From: Anolis carolinensis
Lineage: Eukaryota
Reading direction: 5' to 3'
DNA: 64,000 nt
Assembly: GCF_035594765.1 (NCBI RefSeq)
Contig: NC_085842.1
Span: 79,646,782 to 79,710,781, forward strand
Shown piece by piece: positions 35,901-47,674 of the stretch. The number at the start of each line of letters is the position of its first letter. Position 1 is the first letter of the stretch. The translations under genes and the position numbers were made by a program. Below the pieces are notes generated by a model. That model ran no database searches and had not been told where the DNA came from. It saw nothing but the letters and a program-made list of their open reading frames with translations.

Positions 35901-38493
35901 TTTGTTGTTGTTGTGTGCCTTCACATTGTTTACAGCTTATAGTGACCCTAAGGTGGACATGTCATGAGACTTTCTTGGTGAGATTTGTTCAGAGGAGGTT
36001 TACTTTTGTCTCCATCTGAGACTAAGAGAATGTGACTTGCCCCAAGTCCTCCAGTGGGTTTCACTGGCCAAGCGAGGATTCAAGCTCAGTTTTCCAGAGA
36101 CTCAGGACTTTATTGCACAGGGCTAGCAAACCAACATTGCAACTGGACACCTTTGCTGGTGATCAATATTGCACAGCACCATGCATCTTGCTGCTGATAT
36201 GCCTCCTTCCCGTTACTTTCTTGTCTCTCACTATTGATGGGTAGAACCCAATCCCAGCCTCATCAGTTGCCCTGGTCCCTCAACATTTCTGTCGGTTCAA
36301 TGGGTTCCTTCTGCTTCTTTGCTAGCATGATGGCAGTAAAGTGGTGTCAGGGAGCAAGATTCTCCCTCTTTCTTCTCCTACTCACTATTCCAAAGCTATG
36401 TTTTCTATTTATTTTATATTTTATAGTTATATTTGCCTGATTTTGTTTGTTTTTCAAAGCTGGGATTGCCAAATTGTTTGGAAGTTGAAATAAAAATGCT
36501 AAGGAAGAGCAGTAGTGCAGGAAGGCAGGTTTGTGGATATACAATTGGGGGGGCCACTATTGTCAGATGAAAGAGAGGTGCTATATTGAAGGTCCTTATC
36601 ACAATATGTGTCCAGTCACAATGGGAGCACAACTGCAATGGGACAGTGAGTTTGTGTAATGAAGTCTCTAGTCCAATGGTAAAACCACTAGACCATGCTG
36701 GCTCTCACCTTTGGCTATATTTATCTTGAAAAGTTTTCTAACCCCTAGGAGGATGCCATTCCCTGTTCTCCTATTCCAGGCCAGTTTAAGGACTCCATTA
36801 CGAGACAATTCCTTACTTGACTATTGTTCTCACTTGGCTGCACTCCTAGTGATTGATGAAATGTTGCACCTATTTCATTGTTTTTCTGGTTTGTTGCCTT
36901 TTGCAGATTCAGTGTCTCAAAGCTCAGAGCATTTATCATTTAATGGTTGCTTTTGAGCTGACCCTGGAGCAGAGTTGACCTCTAATCTTTTCACAAACTC
37001 TCTTGATCATTTCTCTCTGCGGTCATCTGGTTAGTTGTGATCACACATCCATTGCTCAAGCTGCAAATATGTCTGGTGCTTGAGCTATTTTTCTTTCCCT
37101 CATTTATCCTCTCTTTCTCATCCATCTGTGGCACTTGTCATAAGCTTTTAGTTGCACTTCATTTCATTTCTGCATTTTGCTTCAAATGGTATTTGCTTTC
37201 TTTTAAGAGTTGCTTATTACGAATAAGGCCAATAAAACAGAGAGAAGTCCAAAATCTTTGTGTGTGCTCTTCTCCTGTCTCTTTTTCCAAAGCTTCCCCA
37301 ACCTGGTGCCATCTAGATTTGTTGGATGACTATCATAGAATTGAAGAATTTGAAGTAATCCCAAAGGCCATCACATCCAACCCCATGCCATGTTGGAACA
37401 CACATTCAAAGCACTCCAGATTCTGCTTTAAAAACCCATCTCCAAAATTTAGCTATTCTTTTCTGGGACTTCCTCCTGCAACAGGACATTCTTTCCTTCC
37501 AATTTGTTTTGCATGATATCTAGGGTATACAGTATTTCATTGCCTTGCTCCCATTTCCCCCAAATGCATGTACTTTGCTCATATGACTGGAGACAGTGGT
37601 TCAGTAGGCATAACCATATTTGCAACCCCCAAGTAAACAATAATTTAGATTTGTAAAATCATTTTCCAAACAACACTATCATTGCTGTAAATTTTAAATT
37701 TCTTACCAATATCCTTTTATCTAAAGCTTCTTTTTGTTCACTTACCAAGATCACCCCTGCCCCTTTGTTCTTCGTTGCTGGGCTTTTTTGATCCCTGACT
37801 TCTGTCAGCTCTCCCTTTGTTATACCAAGATTAGCATCTCTTATTTTCTTCTTCCATTAATTTCCAACTTCTATGCCTATGCCTACTCCTTCTCCCCCAG
37901 AGCAATAATTTCATTTCTTATTCATTTTCTCTTCTTTTTCTTCCATTCTCTTTCTCTACACTCACATTTCTCCTTGGATCAGATATCTGTAATCATGATT
38001 TGTTGTGGATAGCCCTCTATCTTTTGGACTATATGTTTTTCAATCTCCTTTCCCACCTCATAGTACAAAGCAGATTGTCTGATATTCTACTTTTTATCTA
38101 CATTCTTTCAGTACACTTTAAAAAGCAAGATCTGCTCAGTCCCTTTCTAGATTAGTTGTTTATGCTTTTGGGCTGTGTTTTAACAGGCTCAGAGTTGTAC
38201 TGAGATACTGTGAGTCAGTGTATTTGAGAGAGGAAAAGCCTAATTGATTCAGAGTGAGTCTGCATGTGACTTTCTCATTCAAGGGCTTAGTGTGAAAAAG
38301 TTTCCAGTTGTCATTCTAGTAATTCATATATGGAAATAAAAATAATAGAATTGAATCTGCTTTCTTTGTCAGGGAAACAGAGAAATATTAGCTTTAACCG
38401 TCTCTCTTTGGTGTTTCTTTTGTATAATTGACACTAGTGGTTGAGTTGTGAGAAGGAATCATGCCCTGTAAAAATGTATGTTGTGGCAGTGAC

Positions 38494-38543
<50 letters not shown>

Positions 38544-41500
38544 ACTTTATTTGTACCCCGCTAGCATCTCCCGAAGGACTCGATGCGGCTTACAAAGGCC
38601 AAGGCCTCAACACACAATATAACAATACAAAACAAAAAGCAAATTAAAAACAATTAAAACAGTATAAATAACAAGCAATAACAATATGCTATTAAGATAC
38701 GCTATTAATACGCTCATTAAGATGAAACAATCTCAAAATCAGATGCATCTGAGAAAGTAGACAAATTACCTCATCAGACGGGCCATTGGAATCACCACAC
38801 ATTATGTTGAATCCAGTGGTGCCCAGCTTAGTGTGTGGGGAACCCGTCGCCCCATGCCCCGCAACACCCGACTCACTTGTTGCCCCATTCCATGGGGGAA
38901 GTGTTTGCTGCCCGGCTTCCCCCCATTGATGGCAGTTGAACTTGGGAGTCCTCCTGTGTTGGCATAGCAGTGGCATGTACTGCCTCCTCTACAGTTTTAC
39001 AACTGAGTCCTGCCGGAAGTAGTTCATAATTGTGGGATGGGAGCCAGCAGGCTCTGTCATAAAACTGTAGAGCAGTGGTTCTCAACCTGGGGCCCCTAGA
39101 TGTTTTTGGTCTACAACTCCCAGAAATCCCAGCCAGTTTACTAGCTGTTAGGGTTTCTGGGAGTCGAAGGCCAAAAATATCTGGAGATCCCGGGTTGAGA
39201 ACCACTACTGTAGAGGAAGCAGCACATGTCACCGAAAGTCATACCATCTGATGAGGTCATTAGTTTATTGAAGATCATGCTACCACTTTCATTCTCTCAA
39301 TCTCTAAAGTGCTACAAGAACCCTTTGCATAATGATATTCCAGCCTAACATGTCTATATCATTGGACAATGTCACAGAACTATGAGACATTTTGTGCAAG
39401 TTTTCAAATTAAAATTTTATAATCACACAGAGACAGCTGTTAAAATGGGGAGAAAGTGACAATGTTAGTCACACAGTTTACATTTTTTTCTTGAGATGGT
39501 ATGGAGGATGGGTCTGGGCAGACTATCCAGTTAGACTCATCAGGACCCCACAGCCTCTTGTCCTGAGCTCACCAGGAGGAACAAAGGGGTTTTAAAATGA
39601 TAATACAGTGTGGTTCTCTGTGTGAAAATAAGAAAAATCACTTTGAAAACTCAAATCTCTCTCTACCCAGGCTCCTTTGTAGGAAGAGAGCAGTGAGTTC
39701 TTCAATATGCTTTTATATTGTCAGGGCTGTTGGCAGTCTCTCATTCATAAGGTTGTCACAAGTCCAAGTCAACTTGATGGCATTTAACAGTAAGAGACAA
39801 ATTTAAGTGATGGGTCAAACAAATCACATTGATAGGAGCAAAACTGGTAAGCCTTAATTTTGACTGGAAGGAACAATTCCTTAGAAAATCAAGTCCCAGT
39901 TTAAGATTATATGGATTTCTTTTCCTTCAGTGTAAAGTCCCCCTGCTGAGTGGTACATTTGTTCTCCATTTCCCCTATATGCTTTTCTGACATCTTTGCT
40001 TTGTGTGTTTCAATGGAGCGCACAGAGACTCTGGTGCTGTTCTTGTTAGCCTCAAAAAGTTCTTTGGATTTTTTCCCCCTTACAGTCAACATTATTATCC
40101 TTGTAGCTGCAAATACACACTTGCTATTTTATGTTCTCTGGTGTTTTAGGAGGTGGGTCTGCACTTTTACCTGCACCTATCCCTCCAGTCACTCTTGAAG
40201 AGAAGGCTACCATCACCAGGCTGTTGGCTTCAAAAGGAGCAACCATTCAAGAGCTCAATACTCTTCGAAAGACTCTTTCCTTGTTGAAAGGTGGAGGACT
40301 GGCCCGGTCTGCCTATCCTGCCCAGGTGAGGCTATGTTTTTCCAGTCCTTTTGTGAAAGTTTTAATAGATGAAGTGGAAAATATGTTGTGATGCAAGAAG
40401 GGAGGGACAGATCTAATCATTCTCAATGTCTGTGAAGGCAAACCTGGTTGATATGTTTGAGAGAGGCATAAGACACCTGGTCTTTTGGTTAATTGAAACA
40501 ACACAAGATATTGTAAGCTAGTAGATCAAAAAACGGCTAATTGGGTTCCAAGTTTCATAGAATCATAGAATAGTAGAGTTGGAAGAGACCTCAAGGGCCA
40601 TCTAGTCCAACCCCCCGCTAAGAAGCAGGAAATCGCATTCAAAGCACCCCCGACAGATGGCCATCCAGCCTCTGCTTAAAAGCCTCCAAAGAAGGAGCCT
40701 CCACCACGGCCCGGGGGAGAGAGTTCCACTGCCGAACAGCCCTCACAGTGAGGAAGTTCTTCCTGATGTTCAGGTGGAATCTCCTTTCCTGTAGTTTGAA
40801 GCCATTGTTCCGTGTCCTAGTCTGCAGGGCAGCAGAAAATAAGCTTGCTCCCTCCTCCCTATGACTTCCCCTCACATATTTGTACATGGCTATCATGTCT
40901 CCTCTCAGCCTTCTCTTCTGCAGGCTAAACATGCCCAGCTCTTTAAGCCTCTCCTCATAGGGCTTGTTCTCCAGACCCTTAATCATTTTAGTTGCCCTCC
41001 TCTGGACGCTTTCCAGCTTGTCAGCATCTCCCTTCATCTGCGGTGCCCAAAACTGGACACAGTATTCCAGGTGTGGTCTGACCAAGGCAGAATAGAGGGG
41101 GAGCATGACTTCCCTGGATCTAGACGTTATTCCCCTATTGATGCAGGCCAAAATCCCATTGGCTTTTTTAGCTGCCGCATCACATTGTAGGCTCATGTTT
41201 AACTTGTTGTCCACGAGGACTCCAAGATCTTTTTCGCACACACTGCTGTCAAGCCAGGCGTCCCCCATTCTGTATCTTTGATTTCCATTTTTTCTGCCGA
41301 AGTGAAGTATCTTGCATTTGTCCCTGTTGAACTTCATTTTGTTAGTTTCGGCCCATCTCTCTAGTCTGTCAAGATCGTTTTGAATTCTGCTCCTGTCTTC
41401 TGGAGTGTTAGCTATCCCTCCGAGTTTGGTGTCATCTGCAAACTTGATGATCGTGCCTTCTAACCTTCGTCTAAGTCGTTAATAAAGATGTTGAACAGAA

Positions 41501-44500
41501 CCGGGCCCAGGACGGAGCCCTGCGGCACTCCACTTGTCACTTCTTTCCATGATGAAGACGACGCATTGGTGAGCACCCTTTGGGTTCGTTCGCTTAGCCA
41601 ATTACAGATCCACCTAACCGTAGTTTTGTCTAGCCCACATTTTACTAGTTTGTTTGCCAGAAGGTCGTGGGGGACTTTGTCGAAGGCCTTACTGAAATCT
41701 AGATATGCTACATCCACGGCATTCCCTGTATCGACCCAACTCGTAACTCTATCGAAAAAAGAGATCAGATTAGTCTGGCATGACTTGTTTTTGGTAAATC
41801 CGTGTTGACTATTAGCAATGACCGCATTTGTTTCTAAGTGTTTGCAGACCACTTCCTTAATGATCTTTTCCAGAATCTTGCCTGGTATTGATGTGAGGCT
41901 GACCGGACGGTAATTGTTTGGGTCGTTCTTTTTTCCCTTCTTGAAGATAGGGACCACATTCGCCCTCCTCCAATCTGCTGGGACTTCTCCTGTTCTCCAA
42001 GAACTCTCGAAGATGATTGCCAGTGGTTCTGAAATAACTTCCGCTAGTTCCTTCAATACTCTTGGATGTAGCTGATCTGGCCCTGGGGACTTGAATTCGT
42101 TTAGAGTGGCCAGGTGTTCCTGGACAACTTGTTTCCCTATTTGGGGTTGGATTTCCCCCAATCCTTCGTCCATTCCATGTTGCTGGGGTTGAAGATGGCT
42201 TTCTTTTTGTGAGAAGACCGAGGCAAAGAAGGCATTAAGCAGTTCTGCCTTTTCCCTATCCCCTGTCACCATCACCCCATCTACTCCTTGCAGTGGCCCT
42301 ATCGCCTCCTTTTTCCTCCTTTTTCTACCAACATAAGCAAAAAAACCTTTTTTGTTGTTTTTTATGTCCCTGGCAAGCCTGAGCTCATTTTGCGCTTTAG
42401 CCTTGCGAACCTTTTCCCTACAGGAGTTGGCTATACGTTTGAATTCTTCTTTGGTGATTTCTCCCCTTTTCCACTTCTTGTGCATGTCACTTTTGAGCTT
42501 TAGCTCAGTTAGAAGTTCTTTGGACATCCATTCTGGCTTCTTTGCACTTGTCTTATTTTTCTTCTTTGTTGGCACTGTTTGCATTTGCGCCTTGAGTATT
42601 TCACTTTTGAAAAACTCCCATCCATCCTTAACTCCCTTGTTTTTTAATATCGGCGTCCATGGAATGCCGCTCAGTAATTCCTTCATTTTTTGGAAGTCAG
42701 CTCTCTTAAAGTCCAGAATGCGTGTTTGACTTGTCTTAGTTTCAGCATTCCTTTGTATTGCAAACTGCAGGAGCACATGGTCACTTGCCCCTAAGGATCC
42801 AACCACTTCAACTGTATTGATCAGGTCTTCCACATTTGTTAAGATTAGATCAAGAGTTGCTGATCCCCTTGTTGCCTCTTCTACCTTCTGGACCATAAAA
42901 TTATCTGCAAGGCAAGTGAGGAATTTGTTGGACTTTGTACTCTTGGCTGAGTTTGTTTTCCAGCAGATATCGGGATAATTGAAATCGCCCATGACTACTA
43001 TATCTCTTATAGGTTTGATTCCAGCTCTTCTAGGATAGCATACATAAAGATGGGCCCCTTCATGCCTTCCATATTCCTGCCAGAATCACAAAGGGTACTT
43101 CCCCTATCATGCTTCAGTTTTCTAACAGGATTACTCAGGGAGAGGAAAAGGATTTCAGTTCTCCTTACCAGTCATCCCATTTAGCAAAATCTGTTCCCTG
43201 TCAGTGGAGGACATTGCTGGTAAGGGTCAGGTTTTATGTCTCTCTGCCCGTGAGTCTATGCAGATATAAAAGATAGGGAGAAAAGGTTTGTTTCTATCCT
43301 TGGGGTATGAATGTGTCCTGTTTTGTGAGTGAAAGAATCTGACTTACTTATGCAGGAGCCAGCCCCAGTGGTGGTTCCTCAAAAGGTTCTCTGGTGACAT
43401 TGTGGAACTCCATCCTAACAATATTATGATTTAAAGGCCTTTGAGTAATGGAAGAAGGTGACTGATTCTTACCTGAACAATATTTAGCACTGCAGAGGTA
43501 CTTCATACCTCCAGATTGCACAGAGGGCAATGTATATGGTGTGAGAGACTAGAGGCCAACAAAAATATTATTCCGAGAGGAAATTGTTGTAAAGTGTAGC
43601 TGTCTTTGTTAGCAGCTGGATGATAGCATGAAGTGGGGAAATGGTAGGTCAAGGCTGGATCTACACTGTCTTATATCCCAGGATCTGATCCCAGATTATC
43701 TGCTTTGAGTCTACTCTGCCAGATAATCTGGGGTAAAATATAATTTGAGATTAAATCCTGGATATAGAACAGTGTAGTTCCAGCCTTAATGAGGAAGTCA
43801 TGGAAGGCATTGAGTGTGCCCTTGTGGGAGGTCTGTAATAGCCTCCAACTTGAGTCTGTAAGCCTGCGTTATGTCCCTGCATCTACCTAACTCTACCATT
43901 CTATCTAACTCAGGCATTTCTGTTTGAAAAATGAATAGCAATAGAATCCAATCTCTTAGCTGAACAGAATGCTTTTAGGAAGGGAGGTGAAATTATGTGC
44001 TGAAAAATCCCAAAGCATGCAATCAAAAATCCTGTTTTGTTCAACTATAATGGATTATGCAAATTGAGCTAACAATATAGATAATTACCCAATTTATGTT
44101 TTATACACAAGTAGTATATAATTGGTAAGGGAATTTAGAAATCGTTTTAAAGAAGTTTTTCTGTTGTTTTTCATATATTTGACTATAACATTAGCACATA
44201 TTTTAGATTTTTGAAATCCCTGTAAATGGGACAAAGAAGAATGAGTTATTTCTCAGATGTGCAGAAGGCAGGATTGGCTTCTGTGAGAAGGCTGGAAAGG
44301 ATTGAAGATGGATCCCCTCTTTTATTTGGCAAAGAGTTGTGGGGTTTGCTACAGACATAAAATATTTAAAGTCACAGTTACATTATTCACCTCCCTTTTT
44401 GTAGCCAGCATGAAGGGGGAAATGAATGTGAATGACATAGCTATGCCATTGAATATGAGATGAACCTGTCTTAGAATGTGACTGAATATCCTTTCACAGA

Positions 44501-46080
44501 CCTAGAATTGTTCACCATCCTTTTGCTCTAAATAAGTTTTCAGATTCAATTGTCAATTGGTCATCTCCCTGTCTTTTACATCATTATCCTAAATAATGTA
44601 ATTAACCCAGCAAGAGACCTTGTTAAAACTTGATATCTTTGCTTAGATTTTCCTTTATTAGTGAATCAATGGCTTAATTAAATATGGAAATAATAGACAT
44701 TACCCTGTAGTATGCTTATCCTTGTTTTTAAGCAATGTGTACATTCTGGGGTAGGCATCCCCAGGAGAAGTATTCCTTTTACCAAGAGAAAATGATAAAC
44801 ACATTATTAAACAAGGAAGATGGTGCCTTTGTTCTGCAGATTTAAAATATGCTTATATAGCTGCTGAGCTGTGCAACCCTAAGCAGAAGTGTGTTTTCTG
44901 GGATGGAGCCTGAACAGGGTTCAGCAGGGCTTTCTTGACAGCAAGTTTGATGAGGATCCCAGCCTCTTTGATTGAATGCTGAACTTTATTGAAACCTCTT
45001 CTGTCTGTCATGGAAACATTCTCTGTGGTGTTCAACCTTGCAATCACTCAAGTGATGAGGATGCACAAATAAATTTGTCCTTGGTTGCAATTAAAGCCCC
45101 AATTTAGAGCAGGCACAGCTGAATATCAGGCAAGCTTTTGTGCAGCATGAACTACATTTACCTGCCGCCTTCTTTGTTTCTAGGTGTTGAGCCTCATCCT
45201 CTCTGATGTCATTGGGGATCCGTTGGACATCATAGCAAGTGGACCTACAGTTGCCAGTTCTCACAGCAGACAGGATTGTTTCCAGATCCTGGCCAAATAT
45301 GATATGCTGAATGACCTGCCAAAGTCTGTTCAGACCGTTTTGTCTCAGTCCATTACAGAGCGTGATATGCCCCAAGAGTTTCTCCATGTCTGCAACATTG
45401 TCATTGGTTCTAACAGATTAGCTTTGGAGGAGGCCAAATGCCAGGCAGAGAGTCTGGGTTATCTGTCTGTGCTTCTGAGTGATGCTGTGTGTGGGGAGGT
45501 CAGCACAGTTGCCCAGCTTTACAGTCTGTTGATTCAGTTTGTTTGCTTGAGCATTGCCAGGAATGACTCCATGAAAAACAAGGTGAGGGGAGCTCTCTCA
45601 AACCTGGCAGGAGAGCTGGCAATCCCAGGATTGGATCTTATTGATGTCTTCAAAACCTTGGAAGAAACCCAGGGAAATATGCCCATTTGTCTCCTGGCTG
45701 GTGGAGAAACCACTGTGCAGCTTCAAGGAAAGGGAAAGGGTGGGAGGAACCAAGAACTGGCTCTGCGAGTGGCCTTGGAGCTGCACCAAGCTCAGTCCAT
45801 GGCAGCAGAATACTTTCTTGAGAGATGTGAAGTTGCCTTCCTGAGTGGGGGAACTGATGGACAAGATGGACCCACAAAGGCAGCTGGGGCCTTTTGTAGC
45901 CAAGCACTGGTGAAAGAAGCTGAGCAGCAAGGTTTGGTGGTTGAAGATTTTTTGAGCAACAATGATTCGTACACATTCTTCTCCCAATTCCAGGGAGGAC
46001 ATCACCTCTTGATGACAGGCTTGACAGGCACAAATGTCATGGACATTCACACTATTTTAATCAGAGCCAAAGGACTTTAG
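32535..46080 (+). CDS. GLYCTK: Glycerate kinase (class II / MOFRL family); join of 32535-32923, 33717-33868, 40150-40325, 45184-46080; 537 aa
   Basis: 389+152+176+897 = 1614 nt in phase; motifs LVGFGKA, LISGGGSAL, KGGGLA, LSDVIGD, IASGPT, GGETTV, GGRNQE, GTDGQDG, TGTNVMD. Confidence 0.96.
33717..33868 (+). CDS. GLYCTK: GLYCTK coding exon 2
   Basis: [29 protein letters not shown]...LLVLIS; canonical sites. Confidence 0.96.
34110..34232 (-). mobile_element. CR1 3' tail fragment
   Basis: GAATCATAGAAT...GGAAGAGACC...GGCCATCTAGTCCAAC. Confidence 0.7.
38497..38542. repeat. (TTA)n microsatellite, tail of a minus-strand retroelement fragment
   Basis: About 15 TTA units followed by a LINE-type 3' tail sequence. 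Confidence 0.85.
39073..39207. mobile_element. hAT MITE, 135 bp
   Basis: TIR CAGTGGTTCTCAACC...GGTTGAGAACCACTA; perfect 8-bp TSD CTGTAGAG. Confidence 0.88.
40150..40325 (+). CDS. GLYCTK: GLYCTK coding exon 3
   Basis: [18 protein letters not shown]...[13 protein letters not shown]; CAG|GTGAG donor. Confidence 0.96.
40556..43007 (-). mobile_element. Young 5'-truncated CR1 LINE (~2.45 kb ORF2: end of EN + RT) in the last GLYCTK intron
   Basis: 510-aa and 232-aa ORFs ([42 protein letters not shown]) separated by a single -1 frameshift near 41463; (ATTCTATG)n tail. Confidence 0.97.
43653..43785. mobile_element. PIF/Harbinger-like MITE
   Basis: TIR GGCTGGATCTACACTG...CAGTGTAGTTCCAGCC; related to 59631-59758. 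Confidence 0.65.
45184..46080 (+). CDS. GLYCTK: GLYCTK last coding exon
   Basis: [23 protein letters not shown]...[18 protein letters not shown]. Confidence 0.97.
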   Translation: MLSLILSDVIGDPLDIIASGPTVASSHSRQDCFQILAKYDMLNDLPKSVQTVLSQSITERDMPQEFLHVCNIVIGSNRLALEEAKCQAESLGYLSVLLSDAVCGEVSTVAQLYSLLIQFVCLSIARNDSMKNKVRGALSNLAGELAIPGLDLIDVFKTLEETQGNMPICLLAGGETTVQLQGKGKGGRNQELALRVALELHQAQSMAAEYFLERCEVAFLSGGTDGQDGPTKAAGAFCSQALVKEAEQQGLVVEDFLSNNDSYTFFSQFQGGHHLLMTGLTGTNVMDIHTILIRAKGL

Positions 46081-46289
46081 TGATGCGGCAGATGTTACAG
46101 ATTTTTAAAAAGAAGAATTAAAAAGGAAAAAAGCATCTAACCATGAGCAGCTGTGATCTCCATAAATTGAGGAATATTGTTGTCCAGACTGTGTTAAAAT
46201 TAAGGACATAAGAACAAGTTAAAACTAGACACAAGGTGTATTGTTGGGTGGCTTCAAGTTATTTCCAATTTTAAGACCTGTAAGTCTCA

Positions 46290-47523
46290 GTGGCTTTCTA
46301 TTCTATGATATCCTTTGGGAATGCGGCTTTCCATACTATGATATCCTTTGGGAATGCGTGGCAGGGGGGAGGATTGGAGGCTCTGTGGAGATTCCAGTCA
46401 TACCTCTCAGGCAGGATTCAGATGGTAGGGCTTGGGGATAGCTGTTCCTCAAAAAGGAGTTGTCATATGACATCCCACAAGGTGCCATTCTATCCCCAAT
46501 GCTTTTTAACATTAACATGAAACCACTGGGAGAGATCATCTGGAGGCATGGAGCAGGTCCTATCAGTATGCTGATGACACCCCAATATATTTCACCATGA
46601 CTTCCAAAACAGCTCTTGCTAAGGATAGCGTGTCTCCTCTGAATTATTGCCTGAAGGAGGTAATGGACTGGATAAGAAAAAACAAATTGAAACTGCATCC
46701 AGACAAAAGAGAGGTGCTTGCACTAAGGGTCCTAATCTGGGGATGGGGGTGTGTCAGCCAGTTCTGGACAGGATTACACTTCCTTTAAAAGACTGTTCAC
46801 AGCTTGGGAATGCTCCTGGATCCATCTCGCTAAATGTCAGCCAGGTAGATGCAATTGTCAGGAGTACTTATTATCAGCTTTGGCTGATATGACAGTTTCC
46901 TAGATTTGGAGGACCTGAAGATGGTAGTGCACACACTGGTAACCTCAAGACTGGACTTCTGCAAACGCTTTACATTGGGCTACCTTTGTACCAAGTTCAG
47001 AAACTTGTTGATTCAAAATATGGCAGCCAGACTGGCTACAGGAACATCTAGGAATGAGCATATTACATTTATCCTAAAGTCACTCCACTGACTGCTAGCT
47101 AGTTTCCAAGCAAAGTACAAAGTGTTGGTTTAGACCTTTAAACCAGACATGGTTTGGTTACTACAGGTTACTACAGGATCACCTTCTCCCTTACAATCCA
47201 TCCCTCACACTTAGATCCTCTGTGGTGGACTACTCCAGCTCACCAGAACCTGACTGGTGACTATCACCCAGAGGATCTTTTCATCAGCTGCCCCAAGACT
47301 GGAATAACCTGCCAGGACAGACACAATTACGACACAATTGAAGAACCATCTCTTCTAGCAGACCGATCCAGATTTTTTAATAATAAATTTTAGACTTGTG
47401 TCTCGTGTCCACTACATTTTAATCATTGTTCTGTGTATTTTAATATATGTATTGTAGAAATAGTTTTAATGTGCATTTATATAATGATAATTTGTTTTTA
47501 GCTATGTTGTAACCTGCCTTGAG
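46290..47523 (+). mobile_element. Degraded L2-clade LINE 3' portion downstream of the GLYCTK stop
   Basis: QYADDT-like motif near 46565, LVTSRLDFC, IQNMAARL; tail runs into the assembly gap. Confidence 0.8.
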
Positions 47524-47674
47524 NNNNNNNNNNNNNNNNNNNNNNNNNNNNNNNNNNNNNNNNNNNNNNNNNNNNNNNNNNNNNNNNNNNNNNNNNNNNN
47601 NNNNNNNNNNNNNNNNNNNNNNNNNNNNNNNNNNNNNNNNNNNNNNNNNNNNNNNNNNNNNNNNNNNNNNNNNN
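47524..47674. other. Assembly gap (run of N)
   Basis: 151 N characters. Confidence 1.

Noticed and set aside
45598-46050. 150-aa and 127-aa minus-strand ORFs
   Set aside because: Antisense shadows of the GLYCTK last exon
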